A stretch of 64,000 nt of DNA from Pseudomonadota bacterium. Its GTDB lineage: Bacteria > Bdellovibrionota > UBA1018 > CAIMNF01. The translations under genes were made by a program, and so were the position numbers. The notes under the pieces are model-generated. The model saw only the letters and a list, made by a program, of their open reading frames with translations, was not told the DNA's origin and made no database searches. The DNA lies in contig JAIYBN010000003.1 in the NCBI GenBank assembly GCA_027488515.1, positions 14,752 to 78,751 on the forward strand, read 5' to 3'. Of the stretch, positions 21,187 to 31,101 are shown in pieces; positions within the stretch are counted from its first letter, which is position 1; every line of letters starts with the position of its first letter.

Positions 21187-22665
21187 ATGCAAACTTACAA
21201 AACCATCCGCGAAATTCATGATGCCTTCGACACTGGAGCGATCACACCTCTGTCGCTCACCCAGGACTATTTCAAGCAGATCGAAGTCAGCAGTCACAAC
21301 GCCTGGATCACCCTCTGCAAAGAGCGCGCGGTCAAGCAGGCCGAGTCCATGACGAACGACCTGAAAGCCAAACATGGTGGCAAGGTTCCGCGTGGATCCC
21401 ATCCCTTGTACGGGATCCCCCTCGGGATCAAAGACGTCCTGACCATGGACGGAGTGCGGACCACCGCCGCCTCGAAGATGCTCGACAGCTATGTCGCGCC
21501 CTACACCGCCACTTCCGTCGAGCGCTTGGAGCGTGCGGGAGGGATCTCGCTCGGTAAACTGAATCTCGACGAATTCGCGATGGGGAGTTCGAACGAGAAC
21601 TCCGCCTACGGAAATGTACTCCATCCGACCCATCCGGACCGCGTTCCGGGAGGATCGAGCGGTGGATCGGGGACCGCGGTTGCGGCAGGCCAGTGCGTCG
21701 CCGCCCTCGGTACAGATACGGGCGGATCGATCCGTCTTCCTGCCTCTTTTTGCGGTATTGTCGGAATGAAGCCCACTTATGGGCGCATCTCCCGCTACGG
21801 TCAGATCGCTTTCGCTTCCTCTTTGGACCAGATCGGTCCGATGACCCGTTCCGTGGAGGATGCAGCCCTGCTTTGCCAGGTCATGTCGGGCCTCGATCCG
21901 CGCGATTCGACGACTTCTTCCGAGCCGGTCGGCGATTGGGTCAAGGTGGTTCGCGAGACCACCGCCGCTCCCTCGGCCCGAGGGTTGAAGGTCGGCGTGC
22001 CCAAGGAATACTTCATCGACGGAATCGATGCGGAAGTCCGCTCTGCCGTCGAGGGCATGATTTCGAAACTCAAAGAGCAAGGCGCCGAGATCGTTCCGGT
22101 CAGTCTGCCCCACACCGAGTTCGCCGTGGCGACCTACTATGTCGTGGCGGTGAGCGAGGCTTCTTCCAATCTTTCCAGATACGACGGAGTCCGCTACGGA
22201 GTCCGTCCCAAAGAAGCGATGGAGGCCGGATCGCCTGCAGAGTTCTATAAAAAAGTCCGTGCGAACTTCGGAGCCGAGGTGAAACGCAGGATTATCCTCG
22301 GGACTTTCGCCCTGTCCAGCGGGTACTACGACGCCTACTACCGGAAGGCCGGGCAGGTCCGCCGCCTCATGCGCCAGGATTTCGAGAAAGCCTTCCAGCA
22401 GGTGGATGTGATCGTTTCTCCGGTCGCTCCGACCACGGCGTTCAAGATCGGCGAGAAAGCCAAGAATCCGCTTCAGATGTATCTCACCGACATCTTCACC
22501 ATTCCGGCCTCGATGGCCGGACTGCCGGCCATGAGCGTTCCGGTCGGAAAGGACCATCAGGGTCTTTCGATCGGGATGCACTTGATCGCGCCGCGCTTCC
22601 AGGAGGAAAAACTCCTGAAAGCCGCCACTGTGGTTGAAGCGATTGCAGAAAGGAAAGGATCATGA
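21187..22665 (+). CDS. gatA: Asp/Glu-tRNA amidotransferase subunit A
   Basis: Amidase signature [36 protein letters not shown]. Confidence 0.95.
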   Translation: MQTYKTIREIHDAFDTGAITPLSLTQDYFKQIEVSSHNAWITLCKERAVKQAESMTNDLKAKHGGKVPRGSHPLYGIPLGIKDVLTMDGVRTTAASKMLDSYVAPYTATSVERLERAGGISLGKLNLDEFAMGSSNENSAYGNVLHPTHPDRVPGGSSGGSGTAVAAGQCVAALGTDTGGSIRLPASFCGIVGMKPTYGRISRYGQIAFASSLDQIGPMTRSVEDAALLCQVMSGLDPRDSTTSSEPVGDWVKVVRETTAAPSARGLKVGVPKEYFIDGIDAEVRSAVEGMISKLKEQGAEIVPVSLPHTEFAVATYYVVAVSEASSNLSRYDGVRYGVRPKEAMEAGSPAEFYKKVRANFGAEVKRRIILGTFALSSGYYDAYYRKAGQVRRLMRQDFEKAFQQVDVIVSPVAPTTAFKIGEKAKNPLQMYLTDIFTIPASMAGLPAMSVPVGKDHQGLSIGMHLIAPRFQEEKLLKAATVVEAIAERKGS

Positions 22666-24161
22666 GCGTCACTCATCTGGGAATTCCGGTGGATGCCAAT
22701 ACCGAGTTCGAGACCGTGATCGGTCTCGAAGTTCACGTCCAGCTTTCGACCGAGTCGAAAATTTTCTCCCCGGCCCGTTCTCGTCTGGAAGAAGGCAAGT
22801 CGGTCGCTGACGAAGCGGTCAATGCCAACACGAACCCCGTGTGTGCGGGTCACCCCGGTACGCTTCCGGCGTTGAACGCCAGAGCGGTCGAATATGCGAT
22901 CAAGGCGGGTTTGGCGACGAATTGCAAAATCAACCTGAAGAGTGTCTTTGCCCGGAAGCATTACTTCTATCCGGACCTGCCGAAAGGGTATCAGATCTCG
23001 CAGTTCGACCTGCCGCTTTGCCAGCACGGGCACTTGGACATCGAACTCGGAAAAGAGGGTGAGATCGCCAAGCGGGTGGGGATCACCCGGATCCACATGG
23101 AAGAGGACGCCGGCAAGAACGTGCACCTCTCGGGCTTCAGTCTGGTGAACTTGAACCGTGCCGGAGTGCCCCTCATCGAAGTGGTGAGTGAGCCTGACAT
23201 GCGGACTCCCGAAGAAGCCGGAGCCTACCTCCGGAAACTCTATTCGATCGTGACCTGTCTCGGTGTTTGCGACGGGAACCTCCAAGAGGGGAACTTCCGC
23301 TGTGACGCCAACGTTTCCATCCGTCCGAAGGGTGCCAACGGTTTCGGCACCCGCGCTGAGATCAAGAACGTGAACTCTTTCCGTTTCGTCGAAAAGGCGA
23401 TCGAGTTCGAGGTCGAGCGTCAGCGCCAGGTGATCCTCTCGGGCGACAAGGTCGTCCAGGAGACCCGATTGTACGACTCGCAGAAGAACCAGACTTTCTC
23501 GATGCGTTCCAAAGAGGAGGCCGAGGACTACCGCTACTTCCCGGATCCGGATCTTCCGCCCCTGGTGATCGAACAGTCCCAGGTGGATGCCTTGCGCGCC
23601 GGTCTTCCGGAGCTTCCGGACCAGAAACGCGATCGTTACGTGAAAGACTTCGGACTCTCCCGTTATGACGCCGGAGTCCTGACTTCGGTGAGCTCGCTGA
23701 GCCGCTTCTTTGAAGAGGCAGTGAACGGTGCCGGTTCGGCTTTGGCAAAAGGTCTTGCCAATCTGCTCACCGGTGAAGCCGCCCGCTTGATCAATGAGGC
23801 GGGGATCGAGATCGGAGCGTCGAAGTTCCTCCCGGCCCACTTCTCGGACCTGGCAAGATTCGTCGCGGACAAGACCATTTCGGTCACCGCTGCCAAACAG
23901 ATCATCGGCATTCTCTTCGCCGAAGGTGGGGCCGTGGGCGCCATCATCGACCGTGAGGGTTTGAAGCAGGTGAGTGACCTTTCAGCCCTCGAACCGGTGA
24001 TCGACCAGATCCTCGCTTCGAATCCGAAGCAGCTCGAAGAGTTCCGTTCCGGAAAAGAGAAGCTCCTCGGATTCTTTGTCGGGCAAGCCATGAAAGCCAC
24101 CCAAGGCAAGGCCAACCCCGGCCTTCTGCAGGAACTCGTCCTCAAGAAACTGAAAGGCTGA
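22662..24161 (+). CDS. gatB: Asp/Glu-tRNA amidotransferase subunit B
   Basis: IGLEVHVQL, YFYPDLPKGYQISQ, HMEEDAGK, RCDANVS, DYRYFPDPDL. Confidence 0.95.
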   Translation: MSVTHLGIPVDANTEFETVIGLEVHVQLSTESKIFSPARSRLEEGKSVADEAVNANTNPVCAGHPGTLPALNARAVEYAIKAGLATNCKINLKSVFARKHYFYPDLPKGYQISQFDLPLCQHGHLDIELGKEGEIAKRVGITRIHMEEDAGKNVHLSGFSLVNLNRAGVPLIEVVSEPDMRTPEEAGAYLRKLYSIVTCLGVCDGNLQEGNFRCDANVSIRPKGANGFGTRAEIKNVNSFRFVEKAIEFEVERQRQVILSGDKVVQETRLYDSQKNQTFSMRSKEEAEDYRYFPDPDLPPLVIEQSQVDALRAGLPELPDQKRDRYVKDFGLSRYDAGVLTSVSSLSRFFEEAVNGAGSALAKGLANLLTGEAARLINEAGIEIGASKFLPAHFSDLARFVADKTISVTAAKQIIGILFAEGGAVGAIIDREGLKQVSDLSALEPVIDQILASNPKQLEEFRSGKEKLLGFFVGQAMKATQGKANPGLLQELVLKKLKG

Positions 24162-24166
24162 ACCAC

Positions 24167-26539
24167 ATGAAGTCGGTATTGAAATGGATCGGAATCGGAG
24201 CCGGACTCTTGGTCGGAGGGCTCGCGGTGGCGCCCTTTTTCATCCGGGTGGATCAATTCCGTCCCGAGATCGTCAAAGCGGTCAATCAGGAACTGAACGG
24301 AACCCTGGAGCTCGGAAAACTCGAGCTCAGTCTCTGGGGCAAGGTACGGATCGCGATCGACGGCCTCAAGGTGACCGATCTCGCCAAGAAGGAAGTCCTT
24401 TCGGTGAAGGACGCCTCATTTGAGATTCCCTTCACTTCCTTGATCTCGGGAAGTCCTTCCATCACTTTCCAGATGAAAGAACCGGCCATTCAAGTGGTGA
24501 AAGATGCCGCTGGAAAGATCAATCTCCTCTCGCTTCCGAAGGGGCTCAAGATCACCGAAGGGGCCGCACCCGGAGCCTCGGGACAAGTGGCGCAGACACC
24601 CTCCGTTTCGTCGGGCGAGTCGGTGAAGCTGCCAGCAGTGGTCCTGAACGCACGGTTCGGGCTCTCGATCGTGGATGCGAAGCTCACCTACCTCGATCAG
24701 AAGACCGCGCTTTCCAATACGGTCGATCATTTCAATGTCCGCGTTCGGGATCTCTCCTTGTCGCGGAAGACCGAGATCGAACTCTGGGCCGACCTGAAGA
24801 CCAGCATGCAGGACCTCACGGTAGAAGGCCCGCTGAAGCTCACTGCGGAGCTCAGCCCTGAGGTGAAAGACGGTACGATTCAAGGCGGAAGCTTCAAGTT
24901 TGCATTCTCTGCTGATGACCTGTTGATCGAAAAGGGTGTGCTCTTCAAGAAAGGTAAAGGAGTTCCTACCCGTTTCGCAGCCACCTTCGCCATGGACTCC
25001 ACCCAGTTCAAGATCCAGGAGTCCTCGCTCCGGTTCCACAATGCCGAGATCGGCCTCACCGGAAAATTCGAAAAAACCGGAGCCTTTGCTCTCAAGTTCG
25101 ATGCGAAGTCGATCGATCTCAAGCCTTGGTCCGAGTTGGTGCCCCTGCTGAAGGAGTATGAGCTCGAGGGCAAGCTCGGCCTCACGGGAGATGCCGGTGG
25201 CCGTCTGGATGCCATGAACTACAATGCCAAAATCTCAGTGGAAGGACTCTCTGCCAAGGGTCCGAACCTGAAAGCGAAGCCCGTGATCGACGGCAAAATC
25301 GACATCGCCACGGACCGCATCGAAAAGTTCGCCTTCAACCTGAAGGGACCCGGCAACGAGGTGTCGCTCGAAGGTCGATTGGTCGGATTCCTGAAGCCCC
25401 AGATCACGTTTTTGGTCACTTCCCCGAAAGGGATGGATCTCGACCAGTGGATCGAATTCCCGAAACCTGTCGAGGCGCCCAAAGCCCAAGCGGCAACGGG
25501 TAGCGCTCCTGCTCCCGCAAAAGGCGCACCCGAGCAGGATCTCGACGCACTCCTGAATCCTCTCCGCACGAACGAAATTGCCAAGGCGACTGTGGTGGAC
25601 GGATCGGTTTCATTGTCCTTCATCAAGGCCAAAGGCATCCGGATCGATGATCTCGGCAGCAAAATCCAGATGAAGAACCTGGCGCTCCAATTGAGTGCGA
25701 TTCGCATGAAAATCTTCGGCGGGTCCCTGAACGGGAACTTCTCGCTCGACATGCTTCCGGCCGAGCCCAGGTATTCCATGAAGTTCGCGCTCAAGGATTT
25801 CGACATGCAAAAAGCGGTCGAGTCCCAGTTCTCTGCCCTGAAAAACACCCTCGTCGGCAAGTTGAGTGCCTCCGTGGAAGGAAGCGGGGCGAGTTTCAAC
25901 ACCCTTCCGGCCAAGAAGAAACTCCAGCTCAAGGGTGAATTCAAGGTCCTGGACGGTGCCTTTCAGACCATGGATATCGCAAAAATGGCCAGTGAGGCTC
26001 TCCAGGGTTCGATTTCAAAAATCGCGGAGAAGGTCCCTGTGTTGAAGGGGCAGAACCTCCAGATCGGAACCCGTGCGGATTCCCGCTATGAATCGATCAG
26101 CGGGCACTTTTCAATCGCAGGTGGAATTCTCGACGCCCCGGATTTTTTTGCCAAAGCCGCACCCAAGCGAGGGATCGATCTGAAGGGCTCCACCAAGATG
26201 GGACTCATTGACGAGTCGATTGACGCCAAGTGGGAGCTCATCGATACGCACCATTTGACCGGGGCGGACCGGATCCAGGTGAACATCGCGGGCAAGACCG
26301 TGTCGAATGTACTCGCAAAAGGCGAGAAGGACCCCCTCATTCTTCCTGTCAGTGTCGGTTGTAAGTGGAGTGCTCCCTGCGTGAGTTACACCCAGGTTCC
26401 TGAATATCTGGCGGGGGTCGCCTTGGCCCGCGTCGGAAAAGGGGCCGAGGAAGCTGCGAAAGACAAAGTCAAAGAAGCCGTCAAGGGAGCCGTCCAAGAG
26501 GGTGTCGGCAAGGCCTTGAAGGGCCTGTTCGGACGCTGA
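24167..26539 (+). CDS. AsmA family protein
   Basis: N-terminal TM anchor followed by VDQFRPEIVKAVNQELNGTLELG and a long beta-rich body typical of AsmA-like proteins. Confidence 0.75.
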   Translation: MKSVLKWIGIGAGLLVGGLAVAPFFIRVDQFRPEIVKAVNQELNGTLELGKLELSLWGKVRIAIDGLKVTDLAKKEVLSVKDASFEIPFTSLISGSPSITFQMKEPAIQVVKDAAGKINLLSLPKGLKITEGAAPGASGQVAQTPSVSSGESVKLPAVVLNARFGLSIVDAKLTYLDQKTALSNTVDHFNVRVRDLSLSRKTEIELWADLKTSMQDLTVEGPLKLTAELSPEVKDGTIQGGSFKFAFSADDLLIEKGVLFKKGKGVPTRFAATFAMDSTQFKIQESSLRFHNAEIGLTGKFEKTGAFALKFDAKSIDLKPWSELVPLLKEYELEGKLGLTGDAGGRLDAMNYNAKISVEGLSAKGPNLKAKPVIDGKIDIATDRIEKFAFNLKGPGNEVSLEGRLVGFLKPQITFLVTSPKGMDLDQWIEFPKPVEAPKAQAATGSAPAPAKGAPEQDLDALLNPLRTNEIAKATVVDGSVSLSFIKAKGIRIDDLGSKIQMKNLALQLSAIRMKIFGGSLNGNFSLDMLPAEPRYSMKFALKDFDMQKAVESQFSALKNTLVGKLSASVEGSGASFNTLPAKKKLQLKGEFKVLDGAFQTMDIAKMASEALQGSISKIAEKVPVLKGQNLQIGTRADSRYESISGHFSIAGGILDAPDFFAKAAPKRGIDLKGSTKMGLIDESIDAKWELIDTHHLTGADRIQVNIAGKTVSNVLAKGEKDPLILPVSVGCKWSAPCVSYTQVPEYLAGVALARVGKGAEEAAKDKVKEAVKGAVQEGVGKALKGLFGR

Positions 26540-26548
26540 GGAGATTTC

Positions 26549-27463
26549 ATGATTCGTGCTTCGATCGATCTCGGTACCAACACCTGCCTCTTGCTCGTGA
26601 TCGACGGGGAACGGGTGTTGCATGATGAGTCCCGGGTGGTCCGTCTCGGCCAGGACGTGGCCCGTACCGGACGACTGCATCCGGATGCCATGGAGCGTGC
26701 CCGGAGCTGTCTCCAGGACTACGTGAAAACCGCCGGAAGTCTGGGGGTTCCTCCGGATGGAATTCTCGCTGTGGCGACCGCACAAGCCCGCGATGCTTCG
26801 GATGCGAAGCCTTTTTTCGACGGTCTGGAGCAGACCTTGGGTCTGCGCTTCCGGATCCTCTCGGGCGATGAAGAGGCACGCGCCACCTTCCTCGGGGCTG
26901 CAGTCACCGGATCCGATCCGTCGCGCATGGTGGTGATGGACATCGGAGGAGGCAGTACGGAATTGGTGGCTCAGAGCGGTTCTGCCGGAACCCTTTCCGG
27001 TGAAAGTCTCGGCATCGGTGCTGTGAAGATCACCGAAAAGTTCCTGCCTTCCGATCCGGTCACGGATTCAGAGTTCTGGGCTGCGGAGGATGTCATCGAT
27101 CGTGAGCTCCGGAAAATGCTCGAGTGGAGGAAGGGGCTCGACCCGCGCTCCGGGCAGCCACAGTTCACCGCGGTTGCGGGAACTGCTGTGACTCTCGCCA
27201 TGCTCCAAGCGGGCATGACCGAATTCCAGGCGAGCGAGATCGACGGATTCACCCTCACGCGCGGAGACGCCCATCGCCTGGTCGAGGAGTTGAAATGGAG
27301 AACGGTCGAGGAGCGTAAAGCTTTGCCTGGAATGGAGCCGAAGCGGGCCGACGTGATCCTGGCCGGAGCCTTGATCTTCTGGCGTGCGATGGAGGTCCTC
27401 GACTTTCCTGTGGCGAGAATTTCCACCCGTGGTTTGCGCTACGGGGTGTTTTCCCTCGATTAG
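26549..27463 (+). CDS. ppx: Ppx/GppA exopolyphosphatase family
   Basis: IDLGTN, ATAQARDA, SGDEEA, DIGGGSTE, RADVILAG, GLRYG. Confidence 0.88.
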   Translation: MIRASIDLGTNTCLLLVIDGERVLHDESRVVRLGQDVARTGRLHPDAMERARSCLQDYVKTAGSLGVPPDGILAVATAQARDASDAKPFFDGLEQTLGLRFRILSGDEEARATFLGAAVTGSDPSRMVVMDIGGGSTELVAQSGSAGTLSGESLGIGAVKITEKFLPSDPVTDSEFWAAEDVIDRELRKMLEWRKGLDPRSGQPQFTAVAGTAVTLAMLQAGMTEFQASEIDGFTLTRGDAHRLVEELKWRTVEERKALPGMEPKRADVILAGALIFWRAMEVLDFPVARISTRGLRYGVFSLD

Positions 27464-27467
27464 AGGA

Positions 27468-27677
27468 TCAACGTAGAACGCGGAGGATCTGCTGGGCCAA
27501 CTGTGGATTCCGCGCGTGGATCCGCTTCAGCATCGACTGACGGAACACGGGGTCCGCATGGCGGAGCATCTGGACGACCTGCTCGAGACCGTTGATCTTG
27601 ATCCCTTCCTCGGGGGGAGTGGGTTCAGGACGACGGTTGGTTTCCATCTGGTCGAACGAAGGGTATTTCGAGTTCAT
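27468..27677 (-). CDS. Small FliG-like helical protein
   Basis: NGLEQVVQMLRHADPVFRQSMLKRIHARNPQLAQQI resembles the FliG GG-linker/ARM helices; overlaps the upstream gene by ATGA. Confidence 0.5.
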   Translation of the reverse strand: MNSKYPSFDQMETNRRPEPTPPEEGIKINGLEQVVQMLRHADPVFRQSMLKRIHARNPQLAQQILRVLR

Positions 27678-28132
27678 ACGCTTTTGCTCCTTTGGGCTTT
27701 ACGGGCGGCTTCTTTTTCGAACTGTTTCTCGAGTTCTTCCGATGCTTTCTTGTAATAAGACTGGAGTCGGGTGATCTGCTCGTCTCCGATCCGCTTTTCT
27801 TGCTCGACCCGGCGTTGATACTGGGTGTGGATCTTGTCGGCCTCCCGTTCGCCCTCTTCTCGGGATTCCTGGATCAAGGTCTGGTTGCGCTCCCGGATCA
27901 GCGCCAACTTGCGGTCCAGGGATTCAGCTTCTTGGGAAATGCGGACATCATAGTCTTTACGCATTTGCTGGATCTGTTGGTCCTGGTTCTGGACCATGCC
28001 GGCGAGCCGGTCACGGTGGCCGTCCTCTTTGTCCTTCACGTTCGCTTCCTGATCCCGTTCGAGTTGGGTCAGGTACGCCCGGTAGCGGATCTCATCGACC
28101 CCGTTCCCCGCTCCATTCATGGAACTTGCCAT
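27674..28132 (-). CDS. Hypothetical coiled-coil protein
   Basis: 152 aa, E/Q/R/K-rich heptads, GGAGG RBS upstream. Confidence 0.7.
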   Translation of the reverse strand: MASSMNGAGNGVDEIRYRAYLTQLERDQEANVKDKEDGHRDRLAGMVQNQDQQIQQMRKDYDVRISQEAESLDRKLALIRERNQTLIQESREEGEREADKIHTQYQRRVEQEKRIGDEQITRLQSYYKKASEELEKQFEKEAARKAQRSKSV

Positions 28133-28248
28133 ACGGCCTCCAGCCAGCGCGACTTCGTGTCCCGCGTCCCACCATTTTCACGCTGTGAAAAGCGCTTCAC
28201 AATCGGCAAAAAATGCCTATACTTCGAGGAAGAGGAAGCGTCAAAATT

Positions 28249-28530
28249 TTGGAAACACGTGAATTCTCCATTTTGGGACAGAAGCTGGTGATTGCCGATC
28301 CGGATCAAGCCGAGCTCGCATCGCACGCCATCCAGATCGTCCATGCAAAGGTCGAGGAGATCCGCGCGCAAAAGCCGTTTTGGGGACCGAATCAGATTTC
28401 CGTTCTCGCCCTCTTGGAAATCGCAGGGAATCTGGTTCGTGAGCGAAAGTCGATCGACGCCTACCGGGAAGAGCTCGATCGCCGCTGTTCCGATCTCATG
28501 GTTGAATTGTCCCGACTTCCCCCTGCATGA
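28249..28530 (+). CDS. zapA: Cell division protein ZapA
   Basis: FSILGQKL...VHAKVEEI...ISVLALLEIA plus coiled coil; directly upstream of ygfA. TTG at 28249 follows GAGGAAG and a TTCACA-16-TATACT promoter (alternative ATG 28213). Confidence 0.7.
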   Translation: METREFSILGQKLVIADPDQAELASHAIQIVHAKVEEIRAQKPFWGPNQISVLALLEIAGNLVRERKSIDAYREELDRRCSDLMVELSRLPPA

Positions 28531-29186
28531 ATCCAGGGGTCACCGCCGAAAAGAAGCGACTGAGGGGTGAATTCGAGCGACTTCTCGGCCAGAAGGATTT
28601 CTTCGATCTGATCGGCCGCTCCTCCTCCCTTCGTGGGTATTTCGAGACCTTCGTTCAAGAGATTGCAGGCCCTCTGTCGGGCCGTTGTCTCGTGAGCTTC
28701 ATTCCTTTCTCGACCGAACCTCAGATCCAAGTGGAAAGTGAATCCCAGGGTGAACCTTACCGGGTGGCCTATGTCCGGGTCGATGATTGGTCGACGCGGA
28801 CCATGAGTTCCCGCTTGGCAAGGCGTGACCTTCCCGGGCAGTGGGAGGATGTCGAGATTCCGGGCGGAAAGCGGATCTTCCAACCCATGGATGGCCAACC
28901 CCGTTGCGCTCCCGAAGAGGTGGGGGTGATCCTGGTTCCCGGTTTGGCCTTCGGGCGGAACGGGTCGCGTCTCGGGCGAGGGGCCGGATTTTATGACCGT
29001 TTCTTGAGTGCACATCCACACGCCCTTCGTGCCGGAGTCGCATTTTCTGATCAGGTTCTCGATTCGCTTCCGGAAGACCCTCACGACCAGAGGATGGACA
29101 TCCTTTTGACGGACGCCGGGATGGTTTGCATGAATTCCTATGGGGAGTGGAAAAAGCACGGTACCATGGGATCAAGGGCCACCTGA
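28527..29186 (+). CDS. ygfA: 5-formyltetrahydrofolate cyclo-ligase
   Basis: ILVPGLAFGRNGSRLGRGAGFYDRFL, PHDQRMD. Confidence 0.9.
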   Translation: MNPGVTAEKKRLRGEFERLLGQKDFFDLIGRSSSLRGYFETFVQEIAGPLSGRCLVSFIPFSTEPQIQVESESQGEPYRVAYVRVDDWSTRTMSSRLARRDLPGQWEDVEIPGGKRIFQPMDGQPRCAPEEVGVILVPGLAFGRNGSRLGRGAGFYDRFLSAHPHALRAGVAFSDQVLDSLPEDPHDQRMDILLTDAGMVCMNSYGEWKKHGTMGSRAT

Positions 29187-29189
29187 GAC

Positions 29190-30017
29190 ATGATGCGGAT
29201 TCTGTTCTTCGGAGACGTTTTTGGGAAGCCGGGCAGGCAGGCGGTGAAGCGCGCCATCCTGAAGCTCATGCCCGACTATTCGCCGGATTTCATCATCGTG
29301 AACGGTGAGAACGCCTCACACGGCAAGGGCATCACCGAGAAAATCGCGCACGAGTTTTTCGAGATGGGGGTCGATCTCATCACGACCGGGAACCACGCCT
29401 GGGATCAGGCCGAGTCCATCGAATTCTACGCCAAGTGCGATCGTTTGCTCCGTCCCGCGAATTATGCGGACGCGGATCCTCCCCTGGTTCCTGGAAAAGG
29501 CGTGGCCGTGATCACGTCCAAGAACCGCCCGAATCTCAGGCTGGGCGTGTTGCTTCTCATGGGCCGGGTTTTCATGGATGCTCTCGAGTGTCCCTTTCAT
29601 CGAGGCAAACGCGAAATCGAGAAATTGAGGAATGCCGGAGTCCGCAACATCCTCGTCGATTTCCACGGTGAAGCCAGCTCGGAGAAGCAGGCGTTCACCT
29701 GGTTCATGGACGGACAGGTCTCGGCTGTCGTCGGGACCCACTCCCACGTTCAAACAGCAGACGAGCGGGTGAGTCCGGGGGGAACAGCCGCCATCACCGA
29801 CGTTGGAATGAGCGGATGTTTCGACTCCGTGATCGGCATGCGCAAGGATCTCGTGATCCGGAAGTTCCTGACCAAGATGCCGGTTCGTTTCGAGCCGGCC
29901 GAGGGACCCGGTGGTTACGGATGCGTGATCATCGATATTGATGAAAAAACCGGTAAAGCCACCCGGATCGAGCGCTTGAGAGAAGCAGTCATCCAGTGGG
30001 AGGGACCCGAGATTTGA
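29190..30017 (+). CDS. ymdB: YmdB/TIGR00282 metallophosphoesterase
   Basis: GDVFGKPGR, NGENA, TGNHAWD, DFHGEASSEK, GTHSHVQTAD, TDVGM. Confidence 0.9.
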   Translation: MMRILFFGDVFGKPGRQAVKRAILKLMPDYSPDFIIVNGENASHGKGITEKIAHEFFEMGVDLITTGNHAWDQAESIEFYAKCDRLLRPANYADADPPLVPGKGVAVITSKNRPNLRLGVLLLMGRVFMDALECPFHRGKREIEKLRNAGVRNILVDFHGEASSEKQAFTWFMDGQVSAVVGTHSHVQTADERVSPGGTAAITDVGMSGCFDSVIGMRKDLVIRKFLTKMPVRFEPAEGPGGYGCVIIDIDEKTGKATRIERLREAVIQWEGPEI

Positions 30018-30709
30018 AGCCCGAGCATCACGCCTACCAGCAATTCATCCAATGGGTCCAGGAGGACTTGAATCAACACCGCCTCATGGTGAACCGGAAA
30101 GTGTTCAGCGTGGTGTTCTGGTGTCTGGTGCTGCCGGCGCTGATGTCCCTGGTCCTCTACGGACTCAAGAAGTTCCAGATCGTGAACGACGTCCGCCAAT
30201 TCTCTGTGATCGTATTCACACCACCCTTCCTTTACGCGCTCTACTCCATCTGGCCCACCTTCCGTGAGATTCCGAGGGTTTTCAAAAAGGGCGGGATCGG
30301 GGCCACGCTCGAGGAAAGTGTCCGTGAGGTCGAGTGGCGTGAACAGGTGGTCCAGCGATTGAGTCAGGAAGTCCGTCTCACTTCCAGGGAGTGGAAGCTG
30401 GTCGGTTTCCATCTGGAACGCGAGATCGATCGCATGCGCATGCAGAATCGACACATGACAGCGCTCTCGGGCGTCGTGTTGTTTTTCATGTTCCAGTTTC
30501 TCGATCTCGGAAGTCTGCCCGAAGAGGTGAACGGAGCCGGGGCGGGCGAGTTGGTCCGATCCTGGGTGGAGCAGTTATCCCAGTGGGGCGGACAGGTGTT
30601 CTCTCTCCTGTTGTTCTCGACGCTCTTCTATCTGTCGGGCACGCAGATTCACCGATACCTCGAGCGATACCGGGTTTGTGTCGAGCGTTTGGGGCGGAGC
30701 TTCGACTGA
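30014..30709 (+). CDS. Hypothetical membrane protein (about 4 TM)
   Basis: Hydrophobic segments; TTG overlapping the ymdB stop. Confidence 0.65.
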   Translation: MKPEHHAYQQFIQWVQEDLNQHRLMVNRKVFSVVFWCLVLPALMSLVLYGLKKFQIVNDVRQFSVIVFTPPFLYALYSIWPTFREIPRVFKKGGIGATLEESVREVEWREQVVQRLSQEVRLTSREWKLVGFHLEREIDRMRMQNRHMTALSGVVLFFMFQFLDLGSLPEEVNGAGAGELVRSWVEQLSQWGGQVFSLLLFSTLFYLSGTQIHRYLERYRVCVERLGRSFD

Positions 30710-30722
30710 GCGAAGATCGGGT

Positions 30723-31043
30723 TCAGCAGGTCCCGTCGGAACAGGCTTCTTTGGCGGCTTTTTTGCCACATCCACCGTTCTTACCGCAGCCACCTTTGCC
30801 ACAGTTGCCGCTTCCGCACTTTGAAACCGCTTCGAACATCCACTCCCGGGGGATTTCGTTCAGAGCACGGATCGCCTCGAAGGCGTTGTCGAATTCACGG
30901 ACGCCGAGAGTCTCTCCGGTGGTGTGCCGCACGATGAATGCGGTGAAACTTCCCGGGTTGGACTCGCTCTCGGTGATCCCGGCCATGAGTTCTTCGTCGA
31001 TCAGAAAGCCTTTTTTGAAGTTCTCGGCGGTGAATTTTTCCAT
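30723..31043 (-). CDS. Hypothetical protein with Cys/Gly-rich C-terminal tail
   Basis: Ends SKCGSGNCGKGGCGKNGGCGKKAAKEACSDGTC. Confidence 0.75.
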   Translation of the reverse strand: MEKFTAENFKKGFLIDEELMAGITESESNPGSFTAFIVRHTTGETLGVREFDNAFEAIRALNEIPREWMFEAVSKCGSGNCGKGGCGKNGGCGKKAAKEACSDGTC

Positions 31044-31101
31044 GCCCTCACATTAGGGGAGGGTGTCGGAAAAGTCAAAACGAGACTATGATGGGGATTG
31101 G

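Noticed and set aside
1533-23840. Long antisense ORFs (e.g. 1533-2990, 3133-4563, 8345-9592, 21070-22581, 22557-23840; also 51130-52548)
   Set aside because: Shadow frames opposite well-supported genes in high-GC DNA; no recognisable motifs.
28133-28248. Displaced 6S RNA upstream of zapA
   Set aside because: Too short (~115 nt), occupied by promoter and RBS elements, and no long rod-like self-complementarity.
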